From Chlorokybus atmophyticus (taxonomy: Eukaryota; Plantae; Mesostigma and Chlorokybus algae): DNA of 64,000 bases. The notes under the pieces were generated by a model. The model made no database searches and was not told the DNA's origin. It was given only the letters and a program-made list of their open reading frames with translations. The DNA is taken from the NCBI GenBank assembly GCA_009103225.1, contig RHPI01000401.1:149455-213454 (forward strand). Reading direction: 5' to 3'. A program made the position numbers and the translations under genes. This document shows positions 22,181 through 35,721 of this stretch, piece by piece; the first letter of the stretch is position 1, and each line of letters opens with the position of its first letter.

Positions 22181-24099
22181 GTTCCCTTTCTACAAGGATC
22201 AAGCTACGATCCAGGAGCAACACCAGGTGGCCACTGGAGTAGTCGAGTTTTATGTATTCCGTCGACAATAAGGCATCACCGTGTTGGAACTATTTGGAGG
22301 TATAGGTAGTGGCCTCGCCGGTGTTCTCAACACCGCCGCAACGGTCACCAAGTACTTTCACTGTGACCCTGATCCACACGCACAGAGTGCCCTGAGCCAC
22401 CACATATGGTATGGTTGCCATACTTAATCAGCCGCACTCAAGAGGCGCCCAATGTGTAATAAAGCGCTAGAATGCGAGATACAGCGCAAGCAAGTGTGCA
22501 AACCAACCAAACACAGTCCGCAATAAATACAGCAGTACACAAGCAATTTTTTAGGGGCGCCCAAAGCACAGCTGAGTATTCACAACACCACCTAGACCAA
22601 ATAACACTGGTGGGGCTAGGCATGGTAAGACTTGAGCACCACCTGCGCAGCAAAGGCGTAGGCGGCAGGTTCGGAGCAGCAGTAAAAGTCCATAACGACG
22701 AAGACAGCAACGCAGACGACGCTGACGACAAGCTAGCCCTCGCACCGCCATGCTTTGCGGGCTCCTCATATCCATGTCACGACACCATACGACCACACAT
22801 AATGGTTGCAGGTATTGCGTGGTGAGCGTCTGTATATAATTACGAGCAACAAACTGCACGGTCATTGTCAAGCCTGAGATACATTGCAGTGCATGATATA
22901 TTTAATTCTTGTCATTCCATGCATCAATAACATCATGGAACTATACAACCCGACAGCCGCCGCATGCGCTAACACCAACCATTCCGTAAGAACTTAAACA
23001 TGCACATGTCAAAAAATGCATTTTGCAACCACCTTGCCAATGAGTGTTCATCACACTATGCAAATCCAACTACACGAAGTGTTAATGTCTGCAGAACTTT
23101 GCATCTGTTATATACACATGGTCTGATGTCACACAGTGTTTGGTGGGGGCATTTATCCACAAGACACACTCACCGTCACTGAGTCCACATAGGGCAACAT
23201 CATTCATTTCTTGTAAATGACTACTTTTTAGTTTGCTAACATTGGGCTATGTTCGCGCGTATTTAAAGCTGGATGACTGGTAGTTTGTGGGTATATCGAC
23301 ACGGACGGCTCCACACCCTTGCACCGATATTGCCAAGCAGGCAAATTTAAGTGTGGTGGTTTTGCAGTGCATGCGGTTTCTAAGGTTGAGTCACAATAAG
23401 TACGGTATTTATTAAGGCCACTTTGTGACTGACATGACTGACTCGCTGGACAGCATGCTACGAGAAGGCTATGCATGCAGTATGTTGTTGTCCAAGCTGC
23501 GCAAGTGGATGCATGGACAGCGGGAATGGTATACAATACTACCTACAAGCTCCTGTTTCGACCGATATTGCCAAGCGGCGGAGAGACATGCCTAGCTAAG
23601 TGACAGGTACGTTACAGGTAAGCAAGTGTGGGGAGCAATGATACTGCCCGCATATATGTAAGGGGCTGCCTAATCTGCTGCGTCTGCTTGCTGACATGTC
23701 TGTGCAGGGGTGATGCTGTGCTCTATACTGTTATCCATGCTTGGCATGACTCTGGTGCTGTGCATACTAGCATATGCATGTGTTACAACACATCATACTC
23801 CTGGGTGCCGATGCTGACATGTCATGGTAAGGCCTAACCGCTCTAACCGCTGCAACGCGATCTGCTAACAGTATATAGCCTGCCGCCATTGTTGTAAAGC
23901 AATACAGTGCACAGGAGCATGCTTGTGCCAGCAAACCACACAAACGGCAATGTATTAGCAACAGGAAATTGCGAGGGGGCCCAGACCAGCGCCAGGACCT
24001 ACTTACACAACACCAAGCTGCCAACTAAGACCAACATGTAGGCCTAAGCACACAGCAGCAAGCAGCAGCAGGCAGCAGGGGACGGGGCAGGGAGAGCAA

Positions 24100-26300
24100 G
24101 GATTCACCACCTTTGCTGCAGGCGCTGTCGTGCAGGGTTCTTGCAAGAGCGCACCAGTGGCGGCCGGGGTCCAGTTAGTTGTCGTCGCAGTCGTCAGCAT
24201 TGGCATCGTCAATGTCGTGTGCGTGCTGCTGTGCCCAAGCCCGACCTAACTCCCCTGCCTCAGCTGCGCTGGTGGTCCTTCAACCTTCCTTCCTGCATGC
24301 TCCTTGCCTGCTTGAGGGTCCCGTCTAGGTCGAGGCTGAGGTAGTGTCTTGGCTTAGGTTGCTTGGTATTGAAGGGCTCTGGCTTGGCCCCCGTCTCGAT
24401 CGAGTGTGCTTGTGTGTATATAAGGGGTATGGTACGGTGTGTTGCTGCTATGTGCTTGCTACTTGTGCACATGCATTCTCCTAACTCCTAAAGAAGTGTG
24501 CTGTTCGCGCAACTCTTGAGTATGTTATGTATTGCCAAATTTATACAGTCTGCGTCCAATATGCTGTCCACTTGCAATTGTCGCCAACCATTGGGTTACT
24601 ATCTGCACAGCAATTCTACACATGCCCACCAACTGCAGTTCACAATCCCTGACACGCGAGCAACCGCAAACTTGCATGTGACAGCCTATCGACACACACC
24701 AACTACTCACAGCCTGACACCTGGCGAGCAGGTTTCTTGGCCATCACCCGCAAGACTTCCTGATGCATAATGCAACAGTTTTGGTGATCAGGAGACCAAA
24801 CAAGTCGAGAGTGCAAGCGCCATCACGACCAAGCTCTTGCATCACCAAGCGTTATTTGCCACCACCTCCTATTTATAAACAGCAGCACCAGCAAACACAA
24901 AGCCACCACCCACAACGCAGCAACTCAACCAGTGGCCATAGCTTCCACTTGCTGTTGTTGGCCTGCTTCCTCTGCACAAACACCGCAAATATGAATGGCA
25001 CGCACTCGCAAGAAAATGACAACACACTCACAACCAGCGCCAGAGTTGATGCTCACCTGTGCCGATCTTGCCAGTTACAGCGCGCCTCTTGGACTTGGGG
25101 ACCACCACACGCACTCTGCGCCCTATGCGTACGCCCTGCTTGACCACACTCTTTGTTGCTTTCGTCTCGTTGACAGCTGATGCAGACGCTGCCTCTTCAC
25201 CTGCTTGTGATAGAACACTGGCTGTTCAAGTTTGAATGGCCACGTTGCAAACAGAGAGCAGCCTGTTCACCCTGGAACAGATATCGACTTGACCAGCCCA
25301 AACGTACTTGCTTGATACAATCGCAACCAGCTTCAGTACGTGTTTCTCACCTGCATTGTCTGCAAGGAGCATGTCCACATCTTGTTGTGTAATCAGCCCC
25401 CTCTCCACAACCTCTTTCTGTGCCTGCGCAAACGTTGACATTCCTTTTCATCCATGCACAATGTTATCATTGTGCACACCCCTTGGATTGGCTTAACGTC
25501 GCCACCTCAACTGATTACAATACTAGACTGTAATTCAGCTGCTCGTTGCAAATGCAACCCATAACTGTTGGAAGCTGGCAGTGACTGTTTTTGTTTTTCG
25601 GCCCGGTGACTCTGAAGAACTGCTTGTATGGCTTGAGACACAACGCATCCTCACAGCTCAAGTCTTCTAAACCAATAACGATGATGTAATGATGATGTAA
25701 TTATACAAGAAATGCACTTCAATTGCACTCAATCTGTTATACAAGAAATGCACTTCAATTGCACTCAATCTGTTGCACGCAGAGGTGATCATGCAACTTC
25801 TCTGCTCATGCATGCCAGGTGCAACTTACCCGTCTATACTGTCGCAGCAGCTTGCGCGCATGCTTGCCCGTCCTCGCTCCCGACACCCCCGCCTTGGACG
25901 CCTCCGCTGCTAGCCTGAGAGAGGCGGCAAACATCACCATGCCAAGTTTGCCAGAATCTACAACCGCTATCAAGCAGTTGACACTTAGGTGAAATTCAGA
26001 CAAAGCGGTCTACAAACAGAATTTCTTCATTCGGGCAATGGGTAGGATGACACTGCCATGCTGCTCACCTGCCTTTGTCCCCGACCTGCTCCCGCTTATG
26101 TTTCCGGCGCTCCTGGCGTCGGTTGCGCTGAATGGCATTAAACTTATTCATGTCTCCAAACCAAAAAAAAAGAGTACCAACCCCACCCCCTGCCTTCGCC
26201 GCGGATGCCGCTGTTGTCAACCTCGCCGCCGCCGCCACCAACTCCGCTGCCGCCGCCGCAGCGCAGCGTAAACGGCAACTTGCGCCTGACGCCGTTGGAT
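24100..26300 (-). pseudogene. Spliced gene of unknown product, apparently decayed in its 3' part
   Basis: Phase-compatible exon-like blocks with GT/AG borders near 26129-26070, 25918-25830, 25440-25349 and 25201-25055 (e.g. EEAASASAVNETKATKSVVKQGVRIGRRVRVVVPKSKRR). Downstream blocks contain stops and no start ATG was found. Confidence 0.4.
25702..25773. repeat. 36-bp tandem duplication
   Basis: TATACAAGAAATGCACTTCAATTGCACTCAATCTGT at 25702 and 25738. Confidence 0.9.
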
Positions 26301-26360
26301 TGGATGCACAGATGGCTACGATAATTTCATCAGGCCCCAGCGGTGAGGATTGGAGGGTGG

Positions 26361-26381
26361 GTCCCAAGTCGGGGTATATAG
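26361..26381 (+). promoter_or_regulatory. snRNA promoter: USE-like GTCCCAAGTCG plus TATA box at about -29 (repeated at 32532-32552)
   Basis: TATATA lies 29 nt upstream of the predicted U1 start; GTCCCAAGTCG resembles the plant USE RTCCCACATCG. Confidence 0.55.
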
Positions 26382-26403
26382 ATTGGTTACCTACATGCGT
26401 AAG

Positions 26404-26563
26404 GCACTTACCTGGCTGGCGTCTATCCGCGAACACGAAGGCGGATGGCGTGGGCTGCGTGGCTTCCATTGCACTTCGGTTGCTGCAACGCCTAACAACA
26501 CTCTACGGAGTGTCTGTACAGCAAAATTTGTGCCAGAGGGGGCTTGCGCTTGCGCGGCCCCCA
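26404..26563 (+). ncRNA. U1: U1 spliceosomal snRNA, copy 1
   Basis: ACTTACCTGG 5' end, stem-loop I with GAACACGAAG loop, U1A loop ATTGCAC, stem-loop III ACACTC-TACG-GAGTGT, helix H GCTG/CAGC, Sm site AAATTTGTG and terminal GGGGGC..GCCCCC hairpin; 160 nt. Confidence 0.95.
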
Positions 26564-26639
26564 CCTCCACCCTCACCTCCACCCTCACCGATCCCCACAA
26601 CCTCATACACACGCACATGCCCACCTATCCGCACGCATG

Positions 26640-26903
26640 CACGCACCCACTCACTCGCTCTTCGTCGCAATGCCTTTCAGCCTCCCACTTACCGTGTCCA
26701 AAATCTCGTAAAGCACTTTCGCACACGCTGGATAGTAGGCTAGATGGTGATAGTGTGCTAGTGCAAAATGTCACGCACCCACTCACTCGCTCTTCGTCGC
26801 AATGCCTTTCAGCCTCCCACTTACCGTGTCCAAAATCTCGTAAAGCACTTTCGCACACGCTGGATAGTAGGCTAGATGGTGATAGTGTGCTAGTGCAAAA
26901 TGT
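26640..26903. repeat. 132-bp exact tandem duplication downstream of U1 copy 1
   Basis: CACGCACCCACTCACTCG starts at 26640 and 26772. Confidence 0.93.
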
Positions 26904-29551
26904 AGTGTACTTAAACCTGGTGGTTGTACGCTGACAGTGTGTTGACATGTTGAGCGTGTGTTGGCTGTATGCGACTGTGCATTCCCATGAAAGCGATAGC
27001 AAAGGCAATATTGTAGCATACTCTTTTTGTATAATTGTGCTTACATATTGCATAAACTCAACGCTCGCGCTCTTCCCCAAATGATATGTCTCACCCTCTC
27101 AGTATTGCCCTTCTCCATTGTATTTTTGCACAAGTGCGCCATATGTACACCTTGCTTGAGAGTCTTCACGTTGATCTTACATTTGCACGCTTGCAAAAGT
27201 GGTATAAGTACTCATGTATGTACATAAATAGAGTACTTTACCGGTGCATGCTTTTTGGTTACAGCACACTCCCTCTCCATGTGCAAGTCGCAATCGACAA
27301 TGGTAGACTGCAATGCTCTATGCTTTATGATATATCATAAGCATATCCGTACATTCCTCGCATTGCCATTATAGCCGATTTCAAATCGAAATGGGGCATG
27401 GAACTTACAATTAAGAGCCTAATGCAAGGCATGTTAAATTTACCTTGGCAGTTTGCCCTAAATCAATTTATGTTTGCAATCTGCGCAAAGCAATGACATA
27501 TGACCTCTGATCGCGCCCGCAAGATCGCGCCCGTAAGTCGATAAGGATGGTTAGTGTCAGCTCGGTAAAAAGCCGATTCTTAGCAGGGGTTAAAAAAATC
27601 CATCAGCGAATCGGCTGATCATAAATTCGTGGGTTAATGCCTTATGGGGGGGGGATGTTACAGAGTCCATCAGAGAGGAACCGTATTGAATTGTATACAT
27701 CGCAACAAACCTTACATAAAACAGCGACCTCTCTGTTAGCGACCTTTGCTAATGTAGGCTACTAATTGGAACCATATTTGTTACTAAGCTCGGCTTAGTG
27801 GTCTACGTGTCGACCAATTGTTTATTACTGATATGCCTCTACGATTATATTATGTTGTGTATGTATGTTTGTTCCCATCAATGTATCTTCAACTGTGCTA
27901 GCGCGATCCTACTCATAACACCTTGTTGCTTAAGATGGTATGTCATATGCTTGCAAATGTATATATGGTGTGCTACAACGTACGCCCATGCATGTAAGCT
28001 TGTTTTGCCTTAAACATTCCCTACTTGTAAAAATTGTATATTTCTTAATTGTAAAATTCTTTAAATAACATGATCACACCCTTTCACTACAACCGCACTC
28101 GACTTCCGTTAATGATTTAAATTGTTTTTGTGAATAATAAACTTGTTACTGGCAACACTTTGTGTAACGCTCTTCATAAAGATAACATGGAGGGTCGTTA
28201 AGTGTATCGCAAGCTTACAAAGATGTGACAATGCTAATGCATATGCTTCATGCTACACGTGAAATGTACAATACAAATATATTGCTAGTAGTAGTTATCG
28301 TCCGGAGAGCATCACTTTGTTACATCATCTGTTGGTTTACATGCCATGTTTAGATCTCTATAGCATAACTCACACGGCAAGCAACTAACTGTGGCGCCGC
28401 TTCTCAGGTCATCGTGGGTTGGGATTTGCTGGCTGAATGGCCCACACTACATATAAGACACCTTTGTTCAGGATTGAAGCTTCAAGGGCTTATGCAATTG
28501 AAAGTTCATTGAACGCAAGTTAGTTCCAAACTTTGCAGAAGAGGCTACAGTCGGCTGACATGTGCAATACGTAGTTGAAAACAAGAGCATTTCCCACTGA
28601 CCATGCCATTACATCACAGATAGGGTTTGCTTCTTGCGCATCACGACTACTTCCTTTTACATATACGCTGCAGGTTTGTTATGCCATTGGTGGCTGCTGC
28701 TGCCGCCTCCTATTACACGACACTTGCATAGCACATAGGTGTCGATTAGGTGAAGGCCCCGAGCGTAATAATTGTGTTTGCTTGTTTATGCTAACTTGTT
28801 CCTGTATGTTGTGTGTTTGCACACTGAGCATGTGTGTGAGACTTGGAATTACTAAACCCTATACATGTGCGCTTCGGGTTGATTGTGCGCTTGCTACTTG
28901 CCAATACTGCCTGCTGCCCCGCCCTGCTTGCATTTAGCGATCATAGAGCACATAATACTAAAGGCCCATGTTGTTATTGATGTGGCCGTCTCTTGCCTGC
29001 TAGCCTGCCTTGTGTTTGCCCTTTGTGACTGTTGTGTGCTTGTGCCTTGTGTCTGCCCATAACTGCCCATGACTCATACCTTATATCTAGCCAAGCACAG
29101 TTGTAATTGTCATGCCATGGTACCCGCAGTAGCGTATAGTACTCACTGACCATGCATCAATCATCATGTCACACCCACATACATGTGACACCCACTGCCT
29201 CGTTCATTTGCATTGTGTTGGACAACGCAAGGAGCACAAAAAGATCAACACAAAGACATTGCACAACAGATCAAGAAGCAGGCGCATCAGCCGCTGTTGG
29301 ATGCTGTTCTACTTGTGCCACTGCACAGCAACCACACAGCCACTTGCACAAGATGCATAGCAATCCGCAGGTATATCCAGGGTGCTGCCTGGAGCAACGC
29401 CATGCACATGTTGACAAAAGCGCATGTATCATCATGAACAAGCCAGCTATGCCATTGCTGTTGTACAACTTGTAACTGCAACCGTAACTATAAAAAGCAA
29501 AACAAAACTGAACTGACTCTGCAAGCAGCCATCTATAGATCAAGGCACAGA

Positions 29552-31459
29552 TTAGCTGTTGACCAACTCCCGTCCCGGATCGTCATCGTCAATGGAACCG
29601 AGTGACGTGCCTGGCTCGTCGGCCGTGCTCTCTATAAGCTTCTCAAATCTGTCCGCATCGAACTCTCCAAGCGAAGTCAACCGCAAACCGTTTGCATCTG
29701 ACCTGCAAGTTAAAGCCATACAAGTTGATTCAGCTCCTAGTCAATGGACTTGATGACTCTGGTCGCAGGGCATATGTTCATGCATGCACGGCCCTTATTT
29801 GGCTTCAGCTATGCACTGCTTACTCGGTTGCACCGAAGATGCCGATAATGTCCACCATCTGCTTGGCAGGACTGTCAGGAGCTATCAACTCCTCCAACTG
29901 TGCCAGACAGACACCAACCAGTGCGAAGTCAGGTCCTTGTTTGCTTGTGCGTTGATAAAAGTACAATACAGTTTGAGACAGACAAAGACCTTTGCTCACC
30001 TCAGACAGGTACAGCAGTTTCTGGAACAGCGCGCGGCCCATTGCCTTACGCTGCAAACCCTGTGCGCTCATCCCTCGCGGGTTGATCATGAGCACACCTG
30101 CAAAGACATTGTGTTTACGTGAACAACCGACGGCACAAGTTCCGCTCAGCAACTGCGCATGCATGCACATGCACGTGTGTGCAAGGTGTGCCAGGCACAT
30201 GCAATCTGCAAGCGTGCACACCTGTCTTCTCGCACATCTTGCGTGCGCTCTCATTAAGAACATCAGCCACCTGTTCGTCTTTCAGCCCGCACACGCGCCG
30301 CAACTGTAAGATGTCCGCAACCTCCTCCGTGTCGAACGGCCTCTCGTTCAAGAGATACCGCAGGTACTTCCTGAAGATCTGATCCTCTGTGAAGCCAAGC
30401 TGCGCAGGTAACAACTGTCAACAACGCCTGTATGACGCCAATAGTGATATTGATGCTGCGGCTCTGATCAATGTACTTGGGTGCGAAGCGAGGCAATGAC
30501 TGCGGGTGTGAGCTGATCTCGCTGTTCTGGCAGGTACTTGTTGAGCTCTTGTGCCAGCGTCAAGTTCTTGTTCACCTGCAATCACGTAGCCGTTGTTCAC
30601 CACAGTTGTGGATAGCCGCCCAACAGCAAGGAGCACAGTTTCATTACTGCAACTTCAATTGAAGTTGAGTGCTGTCGCCAAATTGCACAAACAATCATGG
30701 GTGTTCTAACCGTTGGTTTTGTGTAATCTCATCTACCTTTGCCAAGTTAATATGGGGACTACTGCGCAATGAATGCACCAATCATGAATGACATGCTGTC
30801 ATCTCTTGCACTAAGCATACCAGGCGTTTGCGTTTCTGGCGTGGTGAGAAGTACTTGCGGAGGTACTTGTAGGTTGAGAAGGCGAACGTGCCTCCGAGAA
30901 AGGCGAGTGGCGCCGCGACGAGGACGGGCCAGTCGCCGCCGCCCACGCGCGGGCCAGGCACCAGGTCCATCACCGCCACCACCGCCTCGTACACCGTCTC
31001 CCTGCCCCTCTCCGCACCCGCCTGCATGGAACATGCAGCGGTGTGCATTGAGCATACACATGCAAAGCAGCATGCACTTTGAGTCAAGGAGTAATTTGCT
31101 CGGCTGAAATGTTGTTGAGAGCTGATGTTGTGCATGGCAAACTGTTTTGGTTGTGTGTGCTGAGATCAAAGGAGTACTAGAATGCATGTGTGCGAGCGCC
31201 ATCGTACTTGTGGCGATACGCCTGTTGTGTTGGTGCTGCTGCTTCGCTCTTTGCCGGAGCCAGGAGCTGCCGCCGCCGCCACGACGGCTGTCCTGGGCTT
31301 TCTCCTGGTCGCCAGCGTTGTCGCTGGTGAGGGCATGGCGCACGGCATTGCCCGTCGCCCGGCCACGGAGGCTAACCGCAGACCGGCGTCTCCCCTTCTC
31401 GTCTCCCCGGCGAAGGATGCCGCAGCGGCGGACGAGGACGCCGCCATGGCTGACGCCAT
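29552..31459 (-). CDS. Conserved plastid-targeted, membrane-anchored protein (resembles Arabidopsis At5g08540-type proteins, from memory)
   Basis: Ala/Ser/Arg-rich transit-like exon 1, hydrophobic PVLVAAPLAFLGGTFAF, then VNKNLTLAQELNKYL, FRKYLRYLLNERPFD..VADILQLRR, RALFQKLLYLSE; multi-exon, GT-AG. Confidence 0.75.
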
Positions 31460-32084
31460 CGCCGCCGAAGTCGCCGCCAAGGCTGAAGGGACGAATGAGC
31501 ACAAAATGTGCCCGCAGCGCTACGGTGCAACTCTCTCTCTCTCTCTCTCTCGCTCTCTCTCTCTCTCTGTGTGTGTGCGTGTGTGCAATGACTGCATGTT
31601 GGATTTAAACCATGCACAATAGCACAGTATCAAGTTACAATAAAAATACAATAAGCATATACGAAAATAAGTGTTGTACAATGCAATGTGCCTCCGTAAT
31701 TGCAATGTGTGCGTTGGCCCCAATAGCTTGCGTTTGCGTTTGAGCGTGCATTGCACTTCTGCGTCCGTACTACTGAAAAGCTTGCGTAAGTTACAATAGT
31801 TTGAGTCGCAATTTAACTCTCCCATGATAAAATTGATAGTCTTAATTTGTATTCTTTTAAAGTGACAGAGGAAAAAACGGCATACGCGAGGTGCACACTC
31901 GTATATCACATGTGTAGAATGCACACTCGCATATTTGTAATATAAATGTTCATTGCATCTTTCACACCCATGTAAAAATGGTTTGCACACATTACATAAT
32001 GTTACAGATATAATAAATTCATTTTGCTTGCGATATATGCACATATCACGTTTCATGAGCAATTGAGAAAATAAAAGAAAGCCT

Positions 32085-32365
32085 TGTTGAAGCGGCCATC
32101 GTATGCTGCATGCATTATGCACTATAGTTAATGTGTAAGACTCTTTTATAGATGATGCAAACAAACACTCGTAGGGAGAAACTGTATTGCACAACCGCAA
32201 TGGTCATCCGAGATCTGAAAAAATATAATGAAACTTTATTGAAGCGATCATAGTATGCTGCATGCATGTTACGCACTATAATTACTGTGTAAAACTCTTT
32301 TATACATGATGCAATCAAACACTCATAGGGAGAAACTGTATTGCACATCCGCAATGGTCATCCGA
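32085..32365. repeat. Diverged tandem duplication, period ~154 bp
   Basis: TAGGGAGAAACTGTATTGCACA..GCAATGGTCATCCGA ends at ~32211 and ~32365. Confidence 0.8.
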
Positions 32366-32480
32366 CAATCGGAGTGATGAGCTTCATACTCAGATTGAAC
32401 ATGCTCGCTCCTTTCCCGCACAAGCCGTACTTCAAACCAGCGTGATGAGAAATAAGCGTCAACATGAAGTATTGTGCGTA

Positions 32481-32799
32481 CCGTATTTGCCCGGATCACC
32501 CCTCCCTCCAGCGGTGAGGATTGGAGGGTGGGTCCCAAGTCGGGGTATATAGATTGGTTACCTACATGCGTAAGGCACTTACCTGGCTGGCGTCTATCCG
32601 CGAACACGAAGGCGGATGGCGTGGGCTGCGTGGCTTCCATTGCACTTCGGTTGCTGCAACGCCTAACAACACTCTACGGAGTGTCTGTACAGCAAAATTT
32701 GTGCCAGAGGGGGCTTGCGCTTGCGCGGCCCCCACCTCCACCCTCACCNAATCAATGGGGTGCTGGACTCGGGCGGGGGGTGTATTCGGGCAAATACGG
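32481..32799. mobile_element. Tc2/pogo-like non-autonomous TIR element (MITE) containing a U1 gene; one N at 32749
   Basis: TA|CCGTATTTGCCCG...CGGGCAAATACGG|TA: a 13-bp perfect TIR extending imperfectly to ~30 bp, with a TA target duplication. Confidence 0.75.
32575..32734 (+). ncRNA. U1: U1 spliceosomal snRNA, copy 2 (identical to copy 1)
   Basis: Block 32508-32748 matches 26337-26577, including the promoter. Confidence 0.92.
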
Positions 32800-32968
32800 T
32801 AACATAACTCATGCCACATAAGGCATTCATGTGTGTCGTAACATGCCGGAAGCTCAGAGCGTCGTGCTGTTCATGGGAGCACCAAGTGAAGGGAAAGGCA
32901 TGAGAGGTGCCTCATGTCATAAGGACGTCTCGCAAAACATTACTCTGGTATAGAAGCAGTGCCCTATC

Positions 32969-33067
32969 CATGAATGCAAAAGCAAATAAGAAGGCACACT
33001 GTATCCAGTCCAGCCAATTCATGAATGCAACAGCAAATGAGAGGCACACATTATCCAGCCCAGCCAA
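32969..33067. repeat. Two ~51-bp diverged units directly downstream of the tRNA
   Basis: CATGAATGCAA starts at 32969 and 33020. Confidence 0.8.
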
Positions 33068-33140
33068 CGACTCCACTGGGGATCGAACCCAGAATCTCCA
33101 GCTCCGTAGGCTGGCGCCTTATCCATTGGGCCATGGAGTC
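33068..33140 (-). tRNA. tRNA-Arg(ACG)
   Basis: 73-nt cloverleaf GACTCCA..TGGAGTCG, anticodon stem CCAGC/GCTGG, loop CT-ACG-GA, T-loop GGTTCGATCC. Confidence 0.97.
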
Positions 33141-33520
33141 CTGTTACATCAAGGTTGAGAATTGTAAATTACAATTCGTCTAAGCAGTTTTGGAAGTTCC
33201 GCTCATTTGAATCTAGCTTCTTCCGGAGCGCGCGGGAAGCTTGGAGCTAACGTTCGTCGGGGATAACAACGAGCTCATTGGCCCGCAGGCCCGCCGCCAC
33301 CATGGCAGCATGCGGACGGACTGCCGGTCAAGACCGGAGGGCAGGATGCTTACTAGCTTCTTATCCAGAATTTCCCTTACCAGAACTGTAGGTTTGGCTT
33401 CTTTCCTTGCTCTGTAACTTTGGGCGTGATTCTTTGCTTCGTATTGGCTTTTTGCACTCGTTCAGCAAGGATGCCGCTTCCACTCTGACTACCGGTCTCG
33501 CTCCGTGTCACTTCGCGACA

Positions 33521-35264
<1,744 letters not shown>

Positions 35265-35721
35265 ATGTTGTTTAATCTGCGCTTAGGATACGTGTAGTAT
35301 AGTTTTTGGATGATTTGGTAACACATGATGCATGCGCTGTCCCTGCATTGAGAGTACAGTGCACACTGCAGACTGATGTTCTGACCAAAGCAATGAGTCG
35401 AATGGAGGCTCCAAGTTTAAGTGCAAGTGATGGACGTTTTCGCTGGGAGTGCCGTCTACACGTTGTTGACTCAATTGGCAGCAGCTCTGAACTGCTTGCC
35501 ACGGACTTCCATAGCAGTTGGGTAGGTGGCTACACGTTTGTAGCTGTAATCGGTGTGGTTGGGGGCTCTGGCTGGTGCATTTGTGCAAGGAGTATGACCA
35601 TGACATCATGTTTGGCGTTCTCTTCTCTCTCTGGTTGGCGTCCATATCCTTGGAGCTGGTGCGTTCGCTGCATGGCGATCACATGCACTCAGAGGTGATA
35701 GCATGTGATGGTGTCTAGGGT

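Larger units (their letters stand above)
19164..22420 (+). pseudogene. Retroelement remnant with an aspartic-protease C-terminal fragment, linker and C5 DNA methyltransferase N-terminus, split by the Copia at 19629-22180
   Basis: VTDAGSFDLLLGQDF at ~19180. Removing the insert and one GTTCC gives a continuous frame ..LTSRF|PFYKDQ..RRQ*GITVLELFGGIGSGLAGVL..VTKYFHCDPDPHAQ (FxGxG motif I at 22281-22307). Confidence 0.7.

Noticed and set aside
26132-26934. ORFs of 194-203 aa over the U1 region (and 32474-32821)
   Set aside because: They are shadows over a non-coding RNA gene and tandem repeats, with no protein-like signature.
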